From a virus (lineage: Duplodnaviria; Caudoviricetes), in the IMG/VR virus record IMGVR_UViG_3300037308_000057, positions 1 through 49,193 of that record: a DNA stretch of 49,193 nt; one strand, written 5' to 3'. This document shows, in pieces, positions 29,386 to 40,097 of the stretch. Every line of letters begins with the position of its first letter. Position 1 is the stretch's first letter. The notes beneath the pieces are model-generated. The model saw nothing but the letters and a program-made list of their open reading frames with translations. It was not told where the DNA came from and did not search any database. The position numbers and the translations under genes were made by a program.

Positions 29386-31374
29386 GTGATCTCTTACAGT
29401 GACTATATTTTAGCTAATCGCCCTTGGGCTTATTGGCCCCTAAACGATCCTAAACTCGATATTTATAACGAGACCCGTTTGCTGATGGATATTACTGGTA
29501 ATGAGAGACATCTGTCTTTGAGTAACCACCTAATAGCTGGGTACACAAAGGCACTGCCGTTTTTTGATTCTGTTCCTATTCGTGGTATCAGAGCGGGTCA
29601 CGTAGATGCAGATAGCGTCATGCCTATGTGTTATGAAAATCCATCAAAGATCTGGTTAGCATCGGGGGATCACCTTAACGATGTTTCTCCCGAACGCACA
29701 ACGGTTTCTCATAAAAAATGGGAGTGGCGAATCCGTAGCGAGTTTCTAATGTCGACAGTTCCTATAGCTATGACAAATGGTAAATGCGTTCCTATGATGT
29801 ATCCTATTATAATGGTAGGGGGCGTATCGTTATGGATGCGTACCATCTGGTATATGCCGTGTTCAAATTCAAACTGTGGTTGTGTCTCAGGTGCATCTAA
29901 TTTGATTCTTGCAAGTAATGCACGCACCCACTGCTACAATATATCCGGCAATATCACGATAAAGGCTTCCAGTCTCCCGTTATATTGGTTTCCTTACTTT
30001 ATTAATTATGAAGGTGAAATTGTTCAAACAGGAAGGGATACCTACGCAGGACCACTCTATGATTCTAAGGGCACTGGAATGTTTATCAAAGATCGACGAG
30101 TTATCATTGACTTCACCTACATCAATAATAAGACTCTTATAGTATCAGCAATCATCGATGATGGTGTCAATGCATACTCTATCATTGATACAACCCTAGT
30201 CTTACCAGAAGAACCACACTTTGACTATTGGGGTCAAGCTTGCTATACATCTTTTTTTAATGAAACTTTTTTGAGCAGCCTTTCGATATATGGTGGTCCA
30301 ATTATCAGTAACCTATCGGTATACTATAACAATACTTTCCCATTGACATACGACTATCTTGCTCGTTCTTGGCAAGCACTCAAAACCACATACCAGCCAG
30401 AGTCCGATAGCAATATAGGACAGCTATCAGACAACGTCAACACGTCTCGAATTGTAAATATTCACCCTAACAGTATGCTTGCACAGTTTGACACCGTCTT
30501 ATGCAGGGGAACAAGCCATCGACTTATCACTAACCTAACAGCCACAAATAACAATGGACAAAGCGTCATACGTTTGATGTTGCCGCATAGTTTTGTACTG
30601 ACAGAAGAGTTGCCACTCCATGACTTCATAATAGGAGACTTGATCTCTCTTCAAGGTAGTTCACAAAACCTCAATGGAATTTGGAGAATCGAGGCTATCG
30701 ACACGTCATCAGTATCATTCTCATTGCCGGGGTCATTCAATAATGAGACAGGATTACTGTTGGTTAAACGACCTCCAATTGGTGGCGGTGCTTGGGAAAA
30801 GACGCAAAACGAAAGTCAAATCTATTACAAGAGCTCAACATCTCAGATAGAAACAGCAATTTTGGTAGATGACATCAGCAAGAGTAGCTCTATGCTACGA
30901 ATTCTAGATACAACGACAATGGCTCAATCCAATGCGTTGTTCTTGAAAAGGAATCTTAAAAGACCGTCTCATCATTATCAAGCTGACACTAGACAAACAA
31001 GACCGGAGTGGACCATCATCGGTGATGATAAACGTTTCTTTTTCGCTATCGCGTACAAGCAAAATCCTAAAGACCACACTCATCTCATTGTTTTTGGAGA
31101 GATCAAAGATTGGTTGACTGATGAGTGGAGAACTATGCTTGTAGGTTACGTGAATGAAACAATTGGCAACGTGGGGACTAACGCATTGTTTGCCTATCCA
31201 GAATGGTCAATCCTTGAATCGGGGCACTTGTTATGTCAGTCTAAAAAGACAATTGATTCTAGCGATGCTGTTTGGATTAGCTCAGATGTCGATGGAGATT
31301 ACACGTATCTCAGGGGAACCCATGACTGCGGTCTTAGAATATATCCTATTCCAATCCCTTACTTGACATTCTAG
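29386..31374 (+). CDS. Virion structural / tail-associated protein, paralog A
   Basis: YSDYILANRPWAYWPLND N-terminus; C-terminal region shared with the next gene. Confidence 0.75.
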   Translation: MISYSDYILANRPWAYWPLNDPKLDIYNETRLLMDITGNERHLSLSNHLIAGYTKALPFFDSVPIRGIRAGHVDADSVMPMCYENPSKIWLASGDHLNDVSPERTTVSHKKWEWRIRSEFLMSTVPIAMTNGKCVPMMYPIIMVGGVSLWMRTIWYMPCSNSNCGCVSGASNLILASNARTHCYNISGNITIKASSLPLYWFPYFINYEGEIVQTGRDTYAGPLYDSKGTGMFIKDRRVIIDFTYINNKTLIVSAIIDDGVNAYSIIDTTLVLPEEPHFDYWGQACYTSFFNETFLSSLSIYGGPIISNLSVYYNNTFPLTYDYLARSWQALKTTYQPESDSNIGQLSDNVNTSRIVNIHPNSMLAQFDTVLCRGTSHRLITNLTATNNNGQSVIRLMLPHSFVLTEELPLHDFIIGDLISLQGSSQNLNGIWRIEAIDTSSVSFSLPGSFNNETGLLLVKRPPIGGGAWEKTQNESQIYYKSSTSQIETAILVDDISKSSSMLRILDTTTMAQSNALFLKRNLKRPSHHYQADTRQTRPEWTIIGDDKRFFFAIAYKQNPKDHTHLIVFGEIKDWLTDEWRTMLVGYVNETIGNVGTNALFAYPEWSILESGHLLCQSKKTIDSSDAVWISSDVDGDYTYLRGTHDCGLRIYPIPIPYLTF

Positions 31375-31382
31375 GACTTGAT

Positions 31383-33602
31383 ATGATATGCTTCTCAGAT
31401 TTCATCCTTTCTCGTAAGCCATGGTCTTATTGTCGCCTCAATGAGCCCACGGGGCATTTCATCTACTGCGATATCAGCGGCAACAGCAATCACCTCTTTC
31501 CCAAGATAGTTGAGGGAGAATATGTCTCAGCAGCATCTAATCAACATACCATCTCGTTTGGTGGAGAGCCAGGAGCACTTGCTATTCAGCCGTTGATAGG
31601 TAATCAGGTTCTGAGCTTAAATCAGGTAGATATGACTATACCTGACACTGCACTCCATTTCATTGTCCCAGAGTTTAAGAGCGATACGATTTTCTATCGC
31701 AATCATCGAAAGAAGATACAAAACCCATTGAAGGTTCGAGAGATGTGGGTGGATGTGCTCATTGACCCCCATCCAACGGACCATAGGGCATTGATAGAAC
31801 CCATACTCCCACCACTGGCTGCGGTTACTGGAGAAGGGGCTTATGCCGATAGAGTTGTATTCGATCTGGATTGGGGCTTTGCTGGATTCTATGGTGGTGG
31901 ACGAGAATACGCCAGCATGTCCATTAAACCTATCATAAGCAGGATGTATGAGACATTCATGATCTTTGGACCTATGATCTTTACAGCCGTGTCTGCAATT
32001 CACCTTGATTACGATGGGACTGTCTCGCATTCGCTTACTCTGAAGTTGTTCTTCCGTTATGTTGGGACAGACTCGGAAGCCATGCTGTATGAAGTCTGGA
32101 CACGAACTCTCATCACTTCAGATGAATCTCTAGACCCAGCACAGCCATTCTCAGAGGGAATGCACCGTTTCACATTCGGCGTAGAGCTGCTCACTACCAA
32201 GTCGATAGTCTTTAGAATCTCTATTGACGGACAGCCCGCTACGCAATCAAACATTACGTTCAACGAGTACGATGATTCGTTTTTTGAGTTGGCTGACCAC
32301 TCAGTTTACTCTAAAGCAGCAATCTTCAACCAAATGAAGTTTGCAAATCTAGCCGTGTTTTATAACTCGCCATTCCCTACAAATTTATGGCTTGCTGCCA
32401 GTCAAATCGTTCTAAGCAACAATCAAACGGGTGCAGTATCCGAAGATATGTCTATCCTCAATGAGATTCCAACGATTAACGCTTTGTCGGGTACTCTGTT
32501 AGCTGCCTTAGACACCTGCTTGCTGATAGGCAATCAGCATCTACCAATTATCTCGGCCGGACTATCGGGTGCGACTATGACTCTCCATGTTTCCACAAAC
32601 GCAGGTGCATACTCTCCCGCGGGATTACCTGCCCTGAATAGTTATGTTCTAATCAACGATAACACACAAGGAGCAATCAATGGAGTCTGGAGGGTCATTG
32701 GAAAGACGCAGTCTACTCTTACTTTGTCACCTTCTTCTACAACCCTGCTGGCGGGTGTTGTTAGATTCGGAGGAGTAGATCACCAAGCCACGGGGATTAG
32801 GATAACAAGTCAATCGACTCTTACTCTGACACTGCCACCCAATCATGAATTTAACTTTGGTGACTTGGTAAGCGTCGGACAGTTCTCGTCTACTCTATTA
32901 CCTCACCGCTGGAAAGTGACCGCTTCTGATGTTGACGGCTTCACTCTGACGATAGAAAACGCTCCCACGAATATCGTACTCAATAGCAGCGCAATCATAA
33001 AGAAGACGCCAATCGGTGGAGGTACTGGCTGGACTAAAACATACAGAACTGGAGAAGCAGATTACCTCTGCACAATTTTAAACTGTGTTCCTAAGAAGAT
33101 GGTCGTAGATGATACTCAGGTAGGATTTGCAAAGATACGACTATCTAATATAGCTGGAACAGGACTGAGCGAACCCGTATATTTTACTCGTTTCATCAAG
33201 AACTCAATCAATAAAGATCCATTGAGGATACCGTGGAAAGCAGCAGGCAATGCCGGTAGGCTATACTTGTTCCTTCCAGCGAAGCAGAATTTGGTTACTC
33301 ATACGCATCTTCTCTCCTATGGAGAGATACAGAGTTGGTCAAGTCAAGCATGGAGCGTTGTTCTTATCGGTTATGAGACAAGCTCTGCGGAACAGAACTG
33401 TGGGTTTAGCTATGCGTTCATGTATCCATCTTGGAGCATCTTGCCTACAGGGCACTTACTTTGCCAGTCTTTTTCCAGTGCTCAATCAGATGCGAGATGG
33501 AGACAGAGAAAAGAGAACACGAATGTGAACGTTATGAGTTTCGCCGATAGCGGTCATCACATCTACCCCATTGATGTTCCGTACATCACTTATACACCAT
33601 AA
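31383..33602 (+). CDS. Virion structural / tail-associated protein, paralog B
   Basis: FSDFILSRKPWSYCRLNE; LLAALDTCL; PIGGG.GW.KT; YP.WSIL..GHLLCQS. Confidence 0.75.
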   Translation: MICFSDFILSRKPWSYCRLNEPTGHFIYCDISGNSNHLFPKIVEGEYVSAASNQHTISFGGEPGALAIQPLIGNQVLSLNQVDMTIPDTALHFIVPEFKSDTIFYRNHRKKIQNPLKVREMWVDVLIDPHPTDHRALIEPILPPLAAVTGEGAYADRVVFDLDWGFAGFYGGGREYASMSIKPIISRMYETFMIFGPMIFTAVSAIHLDYDGTVSHSLTLKLFFRYVGTDSEAMLYEVWTRTLITSDESLDPAQPFSEGMHRFTFGVELLTTKSIVFRISIDGQPATQSNITFNEYDDSFFELADHSVYSKAAIFNQMKFANLAVFYNSPFPTNLWLAASQIVLSNNQTGAVSEDMSILNEIPTINALSGTLLAALDTCLLIGNQHLPIISAGLSGATMTLHVSTNAGAYSPAGLPALNSYVLINDNTQGAINGVWRVIGKTQSTLTLSPSSTTLLAGVVRFGGVDHQATGIRITSQSTLTLTLPPNHEFNFGDLVSVGQFSSTLLPHRWKVTASDVDGFTLTIENAPTNIVLNSSAIIKKTPIGGGTGWTKTYRTGEADYLCTILNCVPKKMVVDDTQVGFAKIRLSNIAGTGLSEPVYFTRFIKNSINKDPLRIPWKAAGNAGRLYLFLPAKQNLVTHTHLLSYGEIQSWSSQAWSVVLIGYETSSAEQNCGFSYAFMYPSWSILPTGHLLCQSFSSAQSDARWRQRKENTNVNVMSFADSGHHIYPIDVPYITYTP

Positions 33603-33628
33603 TTCAATAGATCCTAGGAATTTTTAAC

Positions 33629-33763
33629 ATGGCTGAAAACATTTTAGTCTTACGCAATAGGCAGACATCGGGACCTATCCTATCAGGAACAGTGAAATCG
33701 GGTATCATTCTTTTGGACACTTGTCTGATCAATGGATTTAACACCATCCTATTTCGCGCATAG
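33629..33763 (+). pseudogene. Truncated tail-fibre-like gene fragment
   Basis: AGGA SD; MAENILVLRN..SGPILSGTVKSGIILLDTCLINGFN then stop; echoes LSGTLLAALDTCL of the previous gene. Confidence 0.45.
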
Positions 33764-33793
33764 CACAGAATGCATAACAACAAGGAATGAAAG

Positions 33794-36700
33794 ATGTCGA
33801 ATGACCTATTTCCTACGGATGGCTACACAGGTGAATCAGCAGAGATCACCCATATCCAGCACTCAACAACTCTGAGTCTCGATGCCTATGCGGGGGAATA
33901 TAATCCACTCTTATCGTTCACTATTAACCCATACTACTATCACTCAGACGCGAATAACAACTTATCCTTTTTCTGCGAATACGTTGCACCAGTAGGCAAC
34001 GTGAATTTGGTGTTTCCAGATACACCGTGCGCAGCGTTTGCTTCATTCCAAGGCTACTCGGGCGAACTAACGTTTATCACAGAGCTCTTAACAGCAGACC
34101 TCTATCAATTCTGGACAGGCACGTTTGCTGATGCATCTCTTGTGACATATCGCTTGTTGGACACGATAGACACCTATACAGGTGAGTATAGCACGGCTTC
34201 TATCATCGTGTCAACTCTGTTGGAACCTATATTATATTCTGGTGAAAACAGCATACTCTCTACTATCACTCTACCACCCCGTGCTGAACTCTCAAGTGAT
34301 TCCTACACGGGCGAATTTAGTGAATTATCGCTAGCATTATCACTAAGCCTGACCTTTGAGCATTACTCAAGTGAATACTTAGACGCATCGCTGAATCTGA
34401 CACAATACGCTGACTATATCAAGACAGAGGGACCGTCGGCTTATTGGAAGATGGATGAACAATCAGGCATTTTTGCGATAGACTACACAGGCAATAACTC
34501 TCCAGCGACTTACACTAATGGACTCGTTCTTGCCAATACGTCCCCCGTTGCTTCTAAGTACGCTGTCTATCTTGATGGGGACAACGATGCGATCATCGGA
34601 TCACCTAACGTCGTCTCTAACAATCTGACCCAAGAGTTATGGGTTAAGCCGGATGCGGATGCAACGATTGCACTGTACACCTCATCCAACTCGGGTTCTG
34701 ATGGCACTCATAATCAGCGTTATGCGGTCTATCCTTATGATAATGGAGAGGGTAGCGGTGGAGGTATCTCTATCGGCAGCAATGGTATTCAAGTTGTTGC
34801 TCACGGTAATGCTTATCTACCCGTGTTGCTGTCTTATCAGCAGCCCATCTCGTCTACATCGTTCACTCACATCTTAGTCAGTTGGACCAATCGCACACCC
34901 ACCTTGTATGTCAATGGCGTTGAAATTGCCACAGGTTATCAAGCCAGAGCCCCGTTTCAATCGCAAGGCTTACCTTCCCAAGGAAATTATGGCTATTATA
35001 AAGGCTACATGCAAGATGTCGCAATCTACCCGTCGGCACTAACCGCTGATCAAGCAAGAGAGCATTATCTTGCAGGCATTGGACTACACTTCATTCCACG
35101 CTTTGAACCTATACCTGCGTATACGGGTCAGTATGCTGATCCGATAGAGTTCACTATCGATCCTCATCCGAACTTTGGCGATATTGATATCGCTGATGGT
35201 GGAGTAGGCATTGTTGATCTTCAAGCCAACATCAATTTCTACTCAGACGCTTATACTAGTGAGTATTCTTATATAAATGACAACTTACTCATAGTCAAAC
35301 CTAACTCAACCTTCACCTACTTCTATGGTGATAATGAACACACTGAAACATACACGTGCATAACCCTAAACTCAGCCGATGATTATGAGTCGGGTATCAA
35401 TGCAGGGTTCTATCTGCCAACAAATCTTAACCTACAGTCTATCTCAGAACTGAACATAAAATTCAAGAGAACTAGAGCAATCTCTTGGTATGACGATAAT
35501 ATGACTCATGCTCAGTTAATGATATGGCTGTTCCCGAACTGGTTAATGAATGAGATTATCTACCTTAATCCAGGTTCGTCTTACGATAGTCCATCGAATA
35601 GAACTGATCAGGGTGGTGGCAATCCGCAGTCTCTATGCATCACTCTACGCTTTAATGCCAATGCAGGGATTTTCATTCATTGGTTTGAAACACCGACAGT
35701 ATTGAGAACGAGAGACCTTACAGTTGTAAGCAACTTTACAACGGATGAGCTGAATGGAACAACTGCAATTCGAATTAGGATCGTTACAGGAGCAACGGGG
35801 ACAACGTTCACTGTCTATGGTGCGAATGACGCTGTTAGACAGTCTGGTACTTTTACCAATATGCGCAATATCTGGACGAATGAAAGATCGACAACCAACG
35901 ACATATTCTTAATTCACTACCACAACATTCAAACCAATCGTCCAGAAGTCATTTGTGATCTTGAGATCTATGAATATGAAGGTTTCGTATTAGTCCCATT
36001 CTTAGATTTGGGCACACCAAAAGCATACTCAGGTGAAACCGCAGCACTTGACGTCTTATATACTTCTGTCATATTTGAGTTCCCAGTTTACGCAGGCGAA
36101 AATGATCTCACAAACTTAACGACATTCCCCAGCATTGACTTGGGTACAGTCACCAACTACGCTTCAGAGATATTTAGTTTCGACCTGTTAACCAGCAGCA
36201 TTATAGACGCTCCCGCATATGCAGGTGAGGACAACTTCGTTGTCTTTACGACATTCCCAAGCGCAGGTCTAGGCATATTCCAGGCTAACTCTGGCGAGAG
36301 TAATGATCTTGTTCTTAGCACCTTTAGTCTACTCTACGCAGATGCAATAGGTGGTGAAGCTGGCATTGCTGACCTTACGATCAACCCATTCGACCAGATC
36401 GACAGCGATGCGCATTCTGGCGAAAGAAGTGACATCGATCTCTATAGTGTATCAGCGTTGGAAGCTATTGCAGCGACAGGTGAGCATGGTACAGCATCAT
36501 TAGAGGACCATCCATCCATTCCTTTGTCTGCCACAGCGTATACTGGACACTATGTTGATCCACTACTCTTAGTGACATCGAGTGTATTTTCATTACCAGC
36601 ATACTCGGGTGAACTTGGCTCAGCAATCTTTACAACATTTGCTGGAGTAGAATTTACTCTACCATTCTATTCAGGTAGTAGAGGTGACTTGTCTCTTGCT

Positions 36701-38497
36701 ACGGTCAACCAGCTGAGTGTTCAGGCGTATTCTGATCAATACAGCGATGCCACTCTAACCGTATTCTATTCGACTACGCTGGTACCTGTTGCTTACTCTG
36801 ACCAATACAGCGTTGCCACTCTCCGTACTCAGGACTCACTGGTCCCACAAGCATATTCTGACCAGATAGCCGATGCGACATTAACAACTGCTCCAGCCAT
36901 ACCGATGATCGCGATAGCGGATGCGGGCAGCTATGGTAGTCTAGACATTCAACTTGGAATCACTTTCCCGTCTATTGCGTATGAAGGCGCAAGACTGTTC
37001 TTTGACATAGATTATGTCGTCAATCTTGGTATGCTGTTGCCTGTCTATATGGGTGAGAATGTTCTTGTTGCAGATATGGCGACGACGTATAACTTACCGC
37101 TCTATGGCTATGCAGGTGAGAGAGGAACTGCTGATCTTGGTTTAGAGTACGCAATAGAAATCATTGGATATGCGGGATCAAGAGGTTACGCTGATCTTAC
37201 TATCAACCTTCCTGCTTTGATTGCAAGTGTGGCGTATACTGGAGAGTACTTACCAACTCTAACACTTTCTACCAGAACAAACCTACCGAACATAGGCTAT
37301 ACAGGAGAAATTTTACTCGCTACCGTTTCCGATAATCCTGCTGCGCCGTTACTTCTAAACAACTATAACGGCGCAGTAATGATTGCATCTATGCAATCAG
37401 CAACTCAACTCCCAATAGGTCGTCACTACTCTGGAGAGTGGGCAAACGTCATTGAAATGACTAATGAACCTCACTGGTTCTTGGTCACCGGAACTCACTG
37501 CAAAGTAACTCTGTCTACAAGTGTTGCTATTTCGTTAACCGCATACGAAGGTCAAAGAGGTCAGCTTGAGTTTGGAACCCATCCATCAGAACCATTAGGT
37601 TTGTTCTACTTTAGACCTGGCGAATGGATGAGCCCAGGTCTTGAAGTTCTATATAGCACTAACTTTAGGGTACTCTATAGAACGAGTATAATGACGCAAG
37701 TTGATATCCGCAGTGCGACTTACTTTGATCTTACAACCGATGAGTGTTGTGGAGAAAGAGTTAAAACGAATAATCTGAATTTTATCATAGAGAGGGGTCA
37801 GTATCCAGAAGAAGTTGGCTTTGGTAACAGAATCTATATGGATGTTGATCTTCAATGCAATGTCAAAATGAAGGTTGAGTTCCCAACAGGACACGTTGCA
37901 GAGCTAGTCGATAAGAGCGATTACTTTGAAATTACATTTGCCCATGAAAGCCATCAAATAATGATAGAATGGGATGACGATCTAAGGCATAGACTATGCA
38001 AAGGTTATTTTATCCCAACAGGTGACTGGGTAGTTGTAGAGTTAACAGACATCTTACCAGAAGACTGCTACGTTGATAGGTTCTATGGTGGTGAAGAGTT
38101 CGCTTGCGTTCTAAGTGATGACCAGGTATTGAATATAAGAAACAATGACGTTGGTGGAGTGCTCGTTGTTTCCTTGACAACCTTACCACCATGGACATTA
38201 ATAATTGAGGAAGGGCAATATTTACGATTTGACTTCCAGTTTGAAGCGAAGCATACCCACTACTCTGGCGAGAGGATGTCAATAGCATTCTACGATCCGC
38301 CAACATTGATGTTTAGTGGTTCTACATTAGAATTAGAAATCCAAACAGAGTACGGCATAAGATTCTTGGAGAGCGGTTGCTTTGAAAACGAGTTTGTTTA
38401 TCAGAATGATTCTGGACATGTAATACCTGAGTTGTTCAACTCAGTCCCCGTTGAGGGTGAGCCTTACTTCCACAGTATTAAGGCAGAGTGCTTCTAA
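33794..38497 (+). CDS. Large repetitive virion protein (1567 aa) with LamG insert
   Basis: Dozens of Y(S/T/A)GE-type repeats; LamG segment PSAYWKMDE..MQDVAIYPSALT. Confidence 0.8.
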   Translation: MSNDLFPTDGYTGESAEITHIQHSTTLSLDAYAGEYNPLLSFTINPYYYHSDANNNLSFFCEYVAPVGNVNLVFPDTPCAAFASFQGYSGELTFITELLTADLYQFWTGTFADASLVTYRLLDTIDTYTGEYSTASIIVSTLLEPILYSGENSILSTITLPPRAELSSDSYTGEFSELSLALSLSLTFEHYSSEYLDASLNLTQYADYIKTEGPSAYWKMDEQSGIFAIDYTGNNSPATYTNGLVLANTSPVASKYAVYLDGDNDAIIGSPNVVSNNLTQELWVKPDADATIALYTSSNSGSDGTHNQRYAVYPYDNGEGSGGGISIGSNGIQVVAHGNAYLPVLLSYQQPISSTSFTHILVSWTNRTPTLYVNGVEIATGYQARAPFQSQGLPSQGNYGYYKGYMQDVAIYPSALTADQAREHYLAGIGLHFIPRFEPIPAYTGQYADPIEFTIDPHPNFGDIDIADGGVGIVDLQANINFYSDAYTSEYSYINDNLLIVKPNSTFTYFYGDNEHTETYTCITLNSADDYESGINAGFYLPTNLNLQSISELNIKFKRTRAISWYDDNMTHAQLMIWLFPNWLMNEIIYLNPGSSYDSPSNRTDQGGGNPQSLCITLRFNANAGIFIHWFETPTVLRTRDLTVVSNFTTDELNGTTAIRIRIVTGATGTTFTVYGANDAVRQSGTFTNMRNIWTNERSTTNDIFLIHYHNIQTNRPEVICDLEIYEYEGFVLVPFLDLGTPKAYSGETAALDVLYTSVIFEFPVYAGENDLTNLTTFPSIDLGTVTNYASEIFSFDLLTSSIIDAPAYAGEDNFVVFTTFPSAGLGIFQANSGESNDLVLSTFSLLYADAIGGEAGIADLTINPFDQIDSDAHSGERSDIDLYSVSALEAIAATGEHGTASLEDHPSIPLSATAYTGHYVDPLLLVTSSVFSLPAYSGELGSAIFTTFAGVEFTLPFYSGSRGDLSLATVNQLSVQAYSDQYSDATLTVFYSTTLVPVAYSDQYSVATLRTQDSLVPQAYSDQIADATLTTAPAIPMIAIADAGSYGSLDIQLGITFPSIAYEGARLFFDIDYVVNLGMLLPVYMGENVLVADMATTYNLPLYGYAGERGTADLGLEYAIEIIGYAGSRGYADLTINLPALIASVAYTGEYLPTLTLSTRTNLPNIGYTGEILLATVSDNPAAPLLLNNYNGAVMIASMQSATQLPIGRHYSGEWANVIEMTNEPHWFLVTGTHCKVTLSTSVAISLTAYEGQRGQLEFGTHPSEPLGLFYFRPGEWMSPGLEVLYSTNFRVLYRTSIMTQVDIRSATYFDLTTDECCGERVKTNNLNFIIERGQYPEEVGFGNRIYMDVDLQCNVKMKVEFPTGHVAELVDKSDYFEITFAHESHQIMIEWDDDLRHRLCKGYFIPTGDWVVVELTDILPEDCYVDRFYGGEEFACVLSDDQVLNIRNNDVGGVLVVSLTTLPPWTLIIEEGQYLRFDFQFEAKHTHYSGERMSIAFYDPPTLMFSGSTLELEIQTEYGIRFLESGCFENEFVYQNDSGHVIPELFNSVPVEGEPYFHSIKAECF

Positions 38498-38510
38498 AGG
38501 AGAACAATAG

Positions 38511-39770
38511 ATGCCATCTTGTGTGCAATCCATACAGAGTAAGATTGATCAGGGTCAGTTAGATTCTATAATTCAGCTACCTGCCAATACCACTATGCCT
38601 ATCTATATGACAAGCAGTATTAAACAACTGTTTATATTAGAGATCATAAGACCAGAGACAGCCAGGTTTATTATAAACCTAGTTTCAGAATTACAGCCGA
38701 CTAACATCGGGGTGACAGTGACATTCTATCAATTGGGAGAAAACAACTTTATCATTCCTTTAGGTTCTGTTCTAGTAACTGAGATGATACTAGACTTCCA
38801 GAAAGACTTTTCTCCTGGTGTATACATTATCTGTATTGGATCGACCGCATTCACCTACACAGGTACCTTCATAGGGATATTCACGGGGTTTCCCATCTAC
38901 GCTAAGCTAAAACTGGACGTGTATTCTGGAACTGCACTTTCGCTGTCTATGGATGTTCCTCTGCCTGATAGGGTCTGCAGAAAGACGCTGTACTTCTCGA
39001 TTTTAGATGGAAAGCTTCCTCCCGGTTTAGTCATGACTGAATTGGGCAACATCTATGGGGTCTTGCCTAACATGGACTGCATTGATGATAATGCAGAGCT
39101 CAGTCCTAGCCAGAACTGGTACTATAGTCTTGATGGAACTTGGTTCCCTTGGGGAAGACAATGGCGATTCCTAATAAAAACTTGGGTGAGCGATTATCCT
39201 GACGCCAACACGTCTCAATGGTTCTGCATACGAATCCATAATAATTGGAGTTGGGATAGAGACAACTTTAAGCCGCCATTTGAATACGAGATTGCAGAGG
39301 TGGAAGAAAACGACGAACAGCCGACGCTGCCAGAAATCTGTTGCGAACCAGCAGAGGAGCCCACTCCGTTTATCCCTACGCCATTGCCAGTTCTATGCCC
39401 ATGCGATAGTGAGTCTGAAATTGAGAAAGCAACAACTCTGAACTTTTTACAATGGTATGAGAACAATCTTAAGAATCCATCCGATAGCCCGTACATCCAA
39501 GCGTTCGTTGATAAATTCAAGACTTCAGAAACCTATGCTCAGTTGATGAAAGAAGCTGGTAAAGAAGACGAACTCAGCACACCGTTAGAGAGAGAACTTA
39601 AGGCGGTAGAGAAGCTTATTAAGTCATACCTAGATGCACTGGTTAATGGTAGAGGTAAGGACGATATAGATTCACAAATGCTGGCGATGAAAGACTTAGA
39701 GAATCAGAAGTTGCCTTTGACCGTCTTAACCCAATCGGGATCACTGCTAACCATTGGAGAATTGCAATGA
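38511..39770 (+). CDS. Virion structural protein with Ig-like motif
   Basis: SILDGKLPPGL..GNIYG; AAGGAG SD. Confidence 0.7.
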   Translation: MPSCVQSIQSKIDQGQLDSIIQLPANTTMPIYMTSSIKQLFILEIIRPETARFIINLVSELQPTNIGVTVTFYQLGENNFIIPLGSVLVTEMILDFQKDFSPGVYIICIGSTAFTYTGTFIGIFTGFPIYAKLKLDVYSGTALSLSMDVPLPDRVCRKTLYFSILDGKLPPGLVMTELGNIYGVLPNMDCIDDNAELSPSQNWYYSLDGTWFPWGRQWRFLIKTWVSDYPDANTSQWFCIRIHNNWSWDRDNFKPPFEYEIAEVEENDEQPTLPEICCEPAEEPTPFIPTPLPVLCPCDSESEIEKATTLNFLQWYENNLKNPSDSPYIQAFVDKFKTSETYAQLMKEAGKEDELSTPLERELKAVEKLIKSYLDALVNGRGKDDIDSQMLAMKDLENQKLPLTVLTQSGSLLTIGELQ

Positions 39771-40066
39771 TTGTCGTACCTAAATCAGTCTGTCCATCCT
39801 GTACTGTGCCTTATGAATACCCAGGTCCTATGCCTATTCCCCCAATTGAATCTTGCCCTCCATGCGAGCCGGAAGAGGAGGCTGTGATTATAGAGACTAT
39901 TCCAGTCTCTGTATGCCCTTGCCCATCACCTCCAGACCCCATTGTGATTCCGACAAAGAAGAAGATTAAAGTGACCAAGGTAAAATTATGCTATAAAGAA
40001 TTCGTTTTGGCGGTATCTACGACTAAGTTCTGTGATATTGGTCCTAAATGTCATTCTGGTGTATAA
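39767..40066 (+). CDS. Cys/Pro-rich small protein
   Basis: ATGA coupling; CPSC, CPPC, CPCP motifs. Confidence 0.6.
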   Translation: MIVVPKSVCPSCTVPYEYPGPMPIPPIESCPPCEPEEEAVIIETIPVSVCPCPSPPDPIVIPTKKKIKVTKVKLCYKEFVLAVSTTKFCDIGPKCHSGV

Positions 40067-40069
40067 ATA
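40062..40069 (+). promoter_or_regulatory. T4-type late promoter
   Basis: Exact TATAAATA 29 nt upstream of the PAAR ATG. Confidence 0.75.
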
Positions 40070-40097
40070 GTCGTAAGAATTTACAAGGAGTGAGACT

